The translations under genes and the position numbers were made by a program. Shown one piece after another: positions 53,770-64,000 of a stretch of 64,000 bases of DNA. Every line of letters starts with the position of its first letter. Within the stretch, counting starts at the first letter, position 1. Location: positions 62,001 to 126,000 of the forward strand of contig CBFFRP010000076.1 in NCBI GenBank assembly GCA_965644295.1, given 5' to 3'. The notes below the pieces were generated by a model. That model was not told the DNA's origin. It searched no databases and was given only the letters and a program-made list of their open reading frames with translations. The stretch comes from Paraphysomonas bandaiensis (taxonomy: Eukaryota > Protista > Chrysophyceae).

Positions 53770-54192
53770 GATTACTATGATGTGTAGATGTAGCAGTGGG
53801 AAGCAACATGGCTGGACAGACAGATGAGCCGTCCGCATAGTTGCTGTATACTGTAGCTATGTAGCTATACACACACCGGGTTCCTACAGCAGCAATATAC
53901 AGTAATATCTCATCGTCCCATCTGCCCCAATATCGTCACTCTCCATATGTAGTCTCTTTGTAGCATAAAATACTGCAACACTCCATATGAAATACCATGT
54001 ACAACATGCATACACCCCCCTACCTGTTGCAGAATATCTTTCCACATATGGCACACATACACCTGAGAGACCCGGCAGCATAGAGATTCTACTCTACTAT
54101 TCTGCTGTACTAATCCATAAGATAGTTAAACAGCGTTAGATACACGCACAGGAAGAGGAAAAGGCTTAGCATTAGATCAGGTGGTGGTGAGC

Positions 54193-55236
54193 ATGGATAC
54201 ATTCCAGAGAGCAGTAGAGAGCAGTGGAGGCATATCAGAGAGCGTATCAGGCCTGAGGAAACAAATAGAGAGCATACGAGAGAGACATGAGAGAGAACTG
54301 ACTGTGTGTTTAGAGGGACTAAACGAGATTCACATCCAATCAGATAGTTTGAAATCACAATCGATTGAAAATAAAGAGACTTTCACTCAACAGCAGCAGG
54401 TGTTAGAAGATTTAAAAGCACAGCGGGCGATCGAACTAACAGACCATGAAGCTCAATTGACTCAATTACGTCTGTCTGCCAGTGAGGCAGAGGATAAACT
54501 GAAACTACAAGTAGTAACACTTCAAAATGAAAACGGAAAGTTGCTTTCAGAAATGGAAGCATTACGTAAGCGAAGCGATATGCTCGAGCGCGACAAGAAC
54601 ACATTGACTTCACAGCTTACTGCTGCACAGGAGGAGTATGAGAAGCAAGGTGCGGAGTTAAAACAGCGTGAGAAAGCAGCTAAGGCCGCTTCAAAGAATT
54701 TTCAGCTACAGATTCGTGACCTTGAAGCTGAGCAGGCCAAGATGAGTGAAAAGACCCTGCGGTTGGTGACAGAAAACGAAGAATTGACTTTACATGTCAG
54801 GCAACTGCAGCAAGAAGTAGAGGAACATATCAGACTGGCTGGGGAGCTAGCAGCAGAAAAAGAACAGAATAAGATTTTAATTGGGCGATTGAGTGCTTTG
54901 GAGACAGAGGGTAATAGCAGAGACACGGAGAAAGAAGAAACCATTGCAAGGTTAACCCAAGAACTCATAGATGCGAAAATGGAAGCTGCTCGGTATGCTA
55001 ACGAAGCGGATGTGGAAAGCAAACGTGTGGCTCAGCTAACCCGTGCATTATCTGCCCATATGGAAGAGGAGCATGACTCTACTCATGGGAAGAGTAGCAC
55101 TTCCGACCAGTCAGCAAGCGTAGGTTCGAGTGGCAAAAAATTTAAACTCTCGGAGACCATGGATCGCCTTAAAGTTAAAGCAATATCTGGTTTAGACAAG
55201 AAGTTATCCACACCTGAGACTAATAAGAAAAAATGA
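54193..55236 (+). CDS. Hypothetical long coiled-coil protein
   Basis: 347-aa single-exon ORF, E/Q/L/K-rich; divergent from Sec14 gene. Confidence 0.8.
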   Translation: MDTFQRAVESSGGISESVSGLRKQIESIRERHERELTVCLEGLNEIHIQSDSLKSQSIENKETFTQQQQVLEDLKAQRAIELTDHEAQLTQLRLSASEAEDKLKLQVVTLQNENGKLLSEMEALRKRSDMLERDKNTLTSQLTAAQEEYEKQGAELKQREKAAKAASKNFQLQIRDLEAEQAKMSEKTLRLVTENEELTLHVRQLQQEVEEHIRLAGELAAEKEQNKILIGRLSALETEGNSRDTEKEETIARLTQELIDAKMEAARYANEADVESKRVAQLTRALSAHMEEEHDSTHGKSSTSDQSASVGSSGKKFKLSETMDRLKVKAISGLDKKLSTPETNKKK

Positions 55237-55605
55237 CGTCTATATTGGTGGTTTTATATAACAATGAAATTGCTATGGACACATCCGTTTGAAATACAGA
55301 CTTCCTTTTATCAGCAGTTCTATATTATATAATTGCAATCATTCATGAATAGCTACCGAAATATAGCAGTGTTAATAGCAGTTTATTAAATAGCACAGCA
55401 TTGGTAGGAATAGGGCTAAAACGAAATTTGGACTCGACCTGTACAAAGCCACATGCTTCGACTGTGGTGGTTTTCGACTTGACTCTCTCAAACACATGTA
55501 TCTTGATTGATTCGACTCACTAATCCAGAATTCTGTGCCTCCACAAAGTCCTGTGGAGCCCTTACCCAAGGGGCGTCTTCCTGACTAACCACTTCTGTAT
55601 TTCAA

Positions 55606-57418
55606 CAGGGCTGCGTAACAATTACTTTAATTGCAATTAATTGTAATTGCAATAATAATTGCTTGCTGGAAGGTTGCAATTAAATTGCAAATAATTGGCA
55701 ATTATATACTATATAGTATAAGGACATATTATTAAATTAGAGCTTGGAAAACATGAAGGACGATGGCCATTTATTGCCCTTAATGGCCATCACCCTTCTT
55801 CATAGCTATTAACATGGTGGGAAGGCTGGCTCTCGTTATAAATCTCTTTACATTAAAAGAGAGGTGCTGTTTCTTTGTAAGGTCGAATATGTGTCTTTCC
55901 TCTTAACCTTAAGCAACAAGACTAAGTTCAGCTCGATCCATAGCGTAATACCCTTCTAGTTTAAGATATATATCGCTAAAAGTAGTGTGGCAATCATCTT
56001 CGATCCTGGACTGCCTTACAAGACACTGCAGGATTGAAGTTCACAACGACTTTCAGAGAGCAAAACTCAACATTACTTAGACAATAATTGGCAATTAAAT
56101 TGCAATTATAATTGCGCGAGCTATAGCTAATAATTGAAATTTAATTGCTAAACAACGCATGCAATTTAATTGCAATTATTGAATGTCAGATTATTATGAA
56201 GCGCAAGCTTGTGCGTTGCCGCGACCAACCTAACAACTCGCGCGACACTATGCATAACATGACTCTCATCTAGTTACTATTGCATGCACCGACAAGTGCT
56301 CAACTATACAACACGATTTAGTTAGCTACATGGGCATACGACGAGTTGCGTGTTTACGCCGGATCATACGCTCCTGCCCAATCTACTTGTCCTAACACAA
56401 ACAACTTGCGGTCGGTGTCTTCGGCATATGTCTCCTGTATATGCGGCAGATCTTTAGGGCCCTCTTCAAGGCGGTGTTCACAGCAGCAGGTAGTCTGGAA
56501 GGGAGAATAAAGTAGCTCTATAGCGCCGGGTCCTCCCACGGTCACGAAGCGGTCTCACTGGTGCAATTTTGCACACTGACGCATGAAACAGACATCTATC
56601 AAAATCTGTTACAAATTCAAGCTGACTCCAATGTCTTCCCTCCATATTGTGTGCACTCGTCCAGCACATGCATCCACCTTGCACTCTTCTCCCGAGTGAT
56701 TACACTAGTAGGAAACCGTGCACCTTCCCCGCTCGGATGAAAACCTACTAAGCAAGAATAACATAAAAGCACCACAAATGTACCTGACACTGCTTGGAGA
56801 ACAGTGCCAGAGCCTTGATATAATCTCAATGACCTGGGTCAGGAGAAACCAAGACTAGGCAGTAGACGTGTGAGAAGACATGACAGGTCTAATCACATCA
56901 TTGCCATTGCCATGCATCCATGAGGAAAGTTTGACGCATTACCTCGGTCATTGGCCACACAGGTACCGAATAATGTGAACTCATACTCAGCATCAATCAC
57001 TCAAAGCAAACGCAGGGAGCAAAGAATGTTGATATACCTGACATCTGCTGACTTCAGGTTTTTTGAGTTCTTAAGAGGTGAACATCCCGGATGCTTAACT
57101 TCAGCAGGCAGCCCAATACCCCGGTTACCCTTCTGGTGGGCCCTGTCCCGGATGCCCTTGAGGTGGGCCCATTCCCGGATGCCTGTTAATTCGTCAGGGC
57201 CCAAAGACGTCTACACATGTGACACTTATTAGTGTCCCTTGTACCACACAAGCATTTGGCTATGAGTGGGCAGAACAATATATCTGCTGACTATATAATA
57301 TGCGGCTCACGTAAGTTTCCCGGAGAAATATCTCCGGTACTTATCCCCCAGAACACCACGAAAAGGTGCGAGTCCGACTTTGTTGAGGGTAATTGCAATT
57401 AATTGTTACGTAGCCCTG
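55606..57418. mobile_element. hAT-like non-autonomous composite with 19-bp TIRs and nested fragments
   Basis: CAGGGCTGCGTAACAATTA ... TAATTGTTACGTAGCCCTG (18/19 inverted match); subterminal AATTGC repeats; encloses a family A piece (56970-57389) and degenerate coding-like DNA. Confidence 0.65.
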
Positions 57419-57678
57419 TTTTCTATTTCAAGGACTCCGTCAATAGTGAGCTTCTCCCTCACATACAAGAACGGAAGTGGTCGCACCTTGATGCCTACTA
57501 TGTAACGCACAAGCAGCTTCCGCAGCGTTACATTTGCATCAGTTAGTTACAGGCAGAAGTCGATCTAGCTTGACTAGTTTTCATCTATCTACTTACCTGG
57601 TGATGATTCTTGACGCCTACTGCTGATAATTAGATTTTCATATATATATTAAATATTAAATAGCAGTAGAGTTACAAT

Positions 57679-58113
57679 CAGGGCCTGGTAAAAACCGTTA
57701 ATGGTAATGGCTTAAAGGCCATTAATGGTAATGCCATTATAATTGCCGGGACATTTTTCATTAATGCCATTATAATTGCCGGGATCAGCACCATCGTTAA
57801 TGAACCATTAATGGCATCCCAGTATTCCAGTAATGATATGCAATGTAGGATTTGGACAACCAGATTCAGAGTGTTTCAGCTATCTAATAATCACCTTAGA
57901 TCGACAATTTCCTTTCCATGTCAAGCACATCATCCAAATATCACGAAAATTGCTTGTAAAATAAAATATAAATTGTATGTCTATATATAATTGATAGCAG
58001 GGCCTGGTAACCATTAATGGTAATGCCATTATAATTGCCGGGACAATTTTAATTAATGGCATTACAATTGCCGGTAACAGGACTACCATTAATGGTATCC
58101 CATTAATGACCTG
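57679..58113. mobile_element. CAGGGCCTGG-ended MITE fragments with repeated CCATTAATGG palindromes (second copy 60693-61127)
   Basis: Two CAGGGCCTGGTAA starts (57679, 57998) followed by CCATTAATGG and CCATTATAATTGCCGG motifs. Confidence 0.6.
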
Positions 58114-58413
58114 TACTGCTATATAGAACTAAGTGTTATTACGATAATATAGAATATAGTATCTCCTCTATACTCCGAAGAAACTCTAAACAATATTAGA
58201 CAACAATGTTCATGCAACTCTACAGGCACTCTGTGGCAACCTTGTTTACTATCTTCTTAAGGCATTCTAGAGTTAGAGAATAGTGTCCTGAGCAATATCC
58301 ATAGCAACGTACCCATATACCCAAAAACTCTAAAATAATCATTGAAAATATGCATATATTTTACCTAAAAACATTCATAAAAACACTATTTTCCCCCAAC
58401 GTTGAAGGAAGAT

Positions 58414-58708
58414 GAATAGAAGTAAGTGCTACCAAGTGTGAATAGAAGTAAGTGTTACTAAGTGTCGAATGTTAGTTAATGTAAGAGTTGATAGTGTTAC
58501 TAAGTGTGAATAGAAGTAAGTGTTACTAAGTGTCGAATGTTAGTTAATGTAAGAGTTGATAGTGTTACTAAGTGTGAATAGAAGTAAGTGTTACTAAGTG
58601 TGAATAGAAGTAAGTGTTACTAAGGAAGAAATAGAACGGACTAAGAAATTACTATATATATAATTGATAGTATTACTAAGTGTGAATAGAAATAAGTGTT
58701 ACTAAGTC
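58414..58708. repeat. GTGTGAATAGAAGTAAGTGTTACTAA minisatellite (second copy 61428-61722)
   Basis: 26-bp units interleaved with a longer variant. Confidence 0.9.
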
Positions 58709-58916
58709 GGATTGCAATTATCGTGCAAGGCTGTCGGAAAGAAATATGAAGTCATGTGAACTAGGTAAAGAATTATTACATAGAATATGCTATTACTACA
58801 ATGTTCCGAGTCCGTATACACTTAGTCAAATTCATATCTCAATACGTCCGGTTATGGAGACCAGTAATGTGTACATAAAATAGTTGTAGCTATTATTAAT
58901 ACGTTAACATAGCTCA

Positions 58917-59654
58917 TTATGCGTGCTTCTCAAACTCTGCTATGACATGTTCAGGGGCTTGTACTAACTCGACAAGAACGCCTTCAGATCCAATAGGGTG
59001 CTGATCGTTGCCTTTGGGATGAATAAATGCAACATCGTAGCCAGCTGGCATACAAAGAATAAGCATTTATTCTGCTTACAGAGGCATGTGAAGTAAGAAT
59101 ACCTGCTCCCTTACGAATGCCACCCGGTGTAAATCTCACCCCCTTCGCGGTGAGAGAGTCATAAGCGGCGGGCAAATCATCCACCCAAAGGCCGATGTGA
59201 TTAAGGGCAGGCACGTGAACCTACGAATGACACAAGTGACTTGGTGCAACGCCCTCCAATTACACCTACCTTTGGCGCTTTATTAGGGTCAATGGGCTGC
59301 ATGATATCAAGTTCAACTGCAAGAGGTCCGGACCCCAACCGAAGTATGTCCTCATCGACATTCTCCTTCTACTTATGGAAGGTCAAACAACGAACACGTA
59401 ACGCACCCCTTTACCTCTGACTTATACGATCCTGTCTTTGAAACGCCCATAATATTCTCCCAGAAATTGCTCAAAGACTAAACAAATATTAAACTATGCA
59501 CAATAAGGAGTCAGCTGTGTACCGTCTTATTGAGGCCTCCGATAGCCACTTGCTGAAGACCCAACACACGAAACCCTCGAGCAGTTGAGAACTTCAAATG
59601 ATGAGCATTTGATAGAGAGCGTCTGGAGATTAGTGACGAGGTCCTTGATAACAT
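58917..59654 (-). CDS. VOC-family methylmalonyl-CoA epimerase/glyoxalase-like protein, copy 1, probable mitochondrial presequence
   Basis: Spliced: [40 protein letters not shown]...[65 protein letters not shown]. Confidence 0.85.
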
Positions 59655-59754
59655 GATACAAACAGTCACTAAAGATGCAATTGGAAAGAGTTTAAGTTTA
59701 ATCTAGATGATCGATCACCATGGTACCTACATACCTATACACACATACATACAT

Positions 59755-59982
59755 ACATACATACATACATACATACATACATACATACATACATACATAC
59801 ATACATACATACATACATACATACATACATACATACATACATACATACATACATACATACATACATACATACATAAATACATACATACATACATACATAC
59901 ATACATACATACATACATACATACATACATACATACATACATACATACATACATACATACATACATACATACATACATACAT
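59755..59982. repeat. (CATA)n microsatellite, about 230 bp
   Basis: Direct. Confidence 0.99.
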
Positions 59983-61930
59983 AATAATGTGAACTCATAC
60001 TCAGCATCAATCACTCAAAGCAAACGCAGGGAGCAAAGAATGTTGATATACCTGACATCTGCTGACTTCAGGTTTTTTGAGTTCTTAAGAGGTGAACATC
60101 CCGGATGCTTAACTTCAGCAGGCAGCCCAATACCCCGGTTACCCTTCTGGTGGGCCCTGTCCCGGATGCCCTTGAGGTGGGCCCATTCCCGGATGCCTGT
60201 TAATTCGTCAGGGCCCAAAGACGTCTACACATGTGACACTTATTAGTGTCCCTTGTACCACACAAGCATTTGGCTATGAGTGGGCAGAACAATATATCTG
60301 CTGACTATATAATATGCGGCTCACGTAAGTTTCCCGGAGAAATATCTCCGGTACTTATCCCCCAGAACACCACGAAAAGGTGCGAGTCCGACTTTGTTGA
60401 GGGTAATTGCAATTAATTGTTACGTAGCCCTGTTTTCTATTTCAAGGACTCCGTCAATAGTGAGCTTCTCCCTCACATACAAGAACGGAAGTGGTCGCAC
60501 CTTGATGCCTACTATGTAACGCACAAGCAGCTTCCGCAGCGTTACATTTGCATCAGTTAGTTACAGGCAGAAGTCGATCTAGCTTGACTAGTTTTCATCT
60601 ATCTACTTACCTGGTGATGATTCTTGACGCCTACTGCTGATAATTAGATTTTCATATATATATTAAATATTAAATAGCAGTAGAGTTACAATCAGGGCCT
60701 GGTAAAAACCGTTAATGGTAATGGCTTAAAGGCCATTAATGGTAATGCCATTATAATTGCCGGGACATTTTTCATTAATGCCATTATAATTGCCGGGATC
60801 AGCACCATCGTTAATGAACCATTAATGGCATCCCAGTATTCCAGTAATGATATGCAATGTAGGATTTGGACAACCAGATTCAGAGTGTTTCAGCTATCTA
60901 ATAATCACCTTAGATCGACAATTTCCTTTCCATGTCAAGCACATCATCCAAATATCACGAAAATTGCTTGTAAAATAAAATATAAATTGTATGTCTATAT
61001 ATAATTGATAGCAGGGCCTGGTAACCATTAATGGTAATGCCATTATAATTGCCGGGACAATTTTAATTAATGGCATTACAATTGCCGGTAACAGGACTAC
61101 CATTAATGGTATCCCATTAATGACCTGTACTGCTATATAGAACTAAGTGTTATTACGATAATATAGAATATAGTATCTCCTCTATACTCCGAAGAAACTC
61201 TAAACAATATTAGACAACAATGTTCATGCAACTCTACAGGCACTCTGTGGCAACCTTGTTTACTATCTTCTTAAGGCATTCTAGAGTTAGAGAATAGTGT
61301 CCTGAGCAATATCCATAGCAACGTACCCATATACCCAAAAACTCTAAAATAATCATTGAAAATATGCATATATTTTACCTAAAAACATTCATAAAAACAC
61401 TATTTTCCCCCAACGTTGAAGGAAGATGAATAGAAGTAAGTGCTACCAAGTGTGAATAGAAGTAAGTGTTACTAAGTGTCGAATGTTAGTTAATGTAAGA
61501 GTTGATAGTGTTACTAAGTGTGAATAGAAGTAAGTGTTACTAAGTGTCGAATGTTAGTTAATGTAAGAGTTGATAGTGTTACTAAGTGTGAATAGAAGTA
61601 AGTGTTACTAAGTGTGAATAGAAGTAAGTGTTACTAAGGAAGAAATAGAACGGACTAAGAAATTACTATATATATAATTGATAGTATTACTAAGTGTGAA
61701 TAGAAATAAGTGTTACTAAGTCGGATTGCAATTATCGTGCAAGGCTGTCGGAAAGAAATATGAAGTCATGTGAACTAGGTAAAGAATTATTACATAGAAT
61801 ATGCTATTACTACAATGTTCCGAGTCCGTATACACTTAGTCAAATTCATATCTCAATACGTCCGGTTATGGAGACCAGTAATGTGTACATAAAATAGTTG
61901 TAGCTATTATTAATACGTTAACATAGCTCA

Positions 61931-62668
61931 TTATGCGTGCTTCTCAAACTCTGCTATGACATGTTCAGGGGCTTGTACTAACTCGACAAGAACGCCTTCA
62001 GATCCAATAGGGTGCTGATCGTTGCCTTTGGGATGAATAAATGCAACATCGTAGCCAGCTGGCATACAAAGAATAAGCATTTATTCTGCTTACAGAGGCA
62101 TGTGAAGTAAGAATACCTGCTCCCTTACGAATGCCACCCGGTGTAAATCTCACCCCCTTCGCGGTGAGAGAGTCATAAGCGGCGGGCAAATCATCCACCC
62201 AAAGGCCGATGTGATTAAGGGCAGGCACGTGAACCTACGAATGACACAAGTGACTTGGTGCAACGCCCTCCAATTACACCTACCTTTGGCGCTTTATTAG
62301 GGTCAATGGGCTGCATGATATCAAGTTCAACTGCAAGAGGTCCGGACCCCAACCGAAGTATGTCCTCATCGACATTCTCCTTCTACTTATGGAAGGTCAA
62401 ACAACGAACACGTAACGCACCCCTTTACCTCTGACTTATACGATCCTGTCTTTGAAACGCCCATAATATTCTCCCAGAAATTGCTCAAAGACTAAACAAA
62501 TATTAAACTATGCACAATAAGGAGTCAGCTGTGTACCGTCTTATTGAGGCCTCCGATAGCCACTTGCTGAAGACCCAACACACGAAACCCTCGAGCAGTT
62601 GAGAACTTCAAATGATGAGCATTTGATAGAGAGCGTCTGGAGATTAGTGACGAGGTCCTTGATAACAT
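61931..62668 (-). CDS. VOC-family methylmalonyl-CoA epimerase/glyoxalase-like protein, copy 2
   Basis: Same sequence as 58917-59654 shifted by 3014 bp. Confidence 0.83.
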
Positions 62669-62757
62669 GATACAAACAGTCACTAAAGATGCAATTGGAA
62701 AGAGTTTAAGTTTAATCTAGATGATCGATCACCATGGTACCTACATACCTATACACA

Positions 62758-63781
62758 CATACATACATACATACATACATACATACATACATACATACAT
62801 ACATACATACATACATACATACATACATACATACATACATACATACATACATACATACATACATACATACATACATACATACATACATACATACATACAT
62901 ACATACATACATACATACATACATACATACATACATACATACATACATACATACATACATACATACATACATACATACATACATACATACATACATACAT
63001 ACATACATACATACATACATACATACATACATACATACATACATACATACATACATACATACATACATACATACATACATACATACATACATACATACAT
63101 ACATACATACATACATACATACATACATACATACATACATACATACATACATACATACATACATACATACATACATACATACATACATACATACATACAT
63201 ACATACATACATACATACATACATACATACATACATACATACATACATACATACATACATACATACATACATACATACATACATACATACATACATACAT
63301 ACATACATACATACATACATACATACATACATACATACATACATACATACATACATACACATACATACATACATACATACATACATACATACATACATAC
63401 ATACATACATACATACATACATACATACATACATACATACATACATACATACATACATACATACATACATACATACATACATACATACATACATACATAC
63501 ATACATACATACATACATACATACATACATACATACATACATACATACATACATACATACATACATACATACATACATACATACATACATACATACATAC
63601 ATACATACATACATACATACATACATACATACATACATACATACATACATACATACATACATACATACATACATACATACATACATACATGCATACATAC
63701 ATACATACATACATACATACATACCTACATACCTACATACATACATACATACCTACATACCTACATACCTACATACATACA

Positions 63782-63815
<34 letters not shown>

Positions 63816-64000
63816 CATACATACATACATACATACATACATACATACATACATACATACATACATACATACATACATACATACATACATACATACATAC
63901 ATACATACATACATACATACATACATACATACATACATACATACATACATACATACATACATACATACATACATACATACATACATACATACATACATAC
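62758..64000. repeat. (CATA)n microsatellite, over 1.2 kb, runs off the window
   Basis: Direct; a few CCTA/CACA/TATA variants. Confidence 0.99.

Larger units (their letters stand above)
56969..62996. repeat. Tandem segmental duplication, 3014-bp period
   Basis: ORF-track pairs 57001/60015, 57880/60894 and 58984/61998 are all offset by 3014; junction at the end of the CATA tract (about 59982). Confidence 0.97.

Noticed and set aside
56951-57232. ORFs within family A copies (also 3006, 9647, 42999, 60015)
   Set aside because: Frames are not conserved among copies; non-coding repeat.

Overview
Gene-dense eukaryotic DNA with mostly 45-60 nt GT-AG introns; a stramenopile/ochrophyte-like protist is my inference only. 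Host genes in order: intronless bacterial-type isoaspartyl dipeptidase (iadA-like, runs off the left edge, missing from the ORF track), coiled-coil protein, AspH-like dioxygenase, ubiquilin, multi-calponin-homology protein, WHEP-WHEP-GST-GluRS, DDX42, cytochrome P450, Hrd1/AMFR-like RING-CUE ligase, METTL16, G-alpha, an 83-aa spliced microprotein resembling only the TM and tail of a vacuolar sorting receptor, Sec14, coiled-coil protein, and a tandemly duplicated methylmalonyl-CoA epimerase-like gene. Most genes sit in head-to-head pairs sharing 0.4-0.7 kb spacers rich in a TACTGCTGT motif, while mobile DNA collects mainly downstream of genes. Mobile DNA includes an intact-ORF copia element, a young gag-protease-only LTR element with matching 583-bp LTRs, and modular MITE-like families. 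The strongest candidate for an undescribed system is a 2.06-kb GluRS intron whose 177-bp 'satellite' reads as 11 tandem box C/D snoRNAs (SNORD74/snR64-like guide) separated by AG-free spacers that each carry a hairpin, absent after the last copy.
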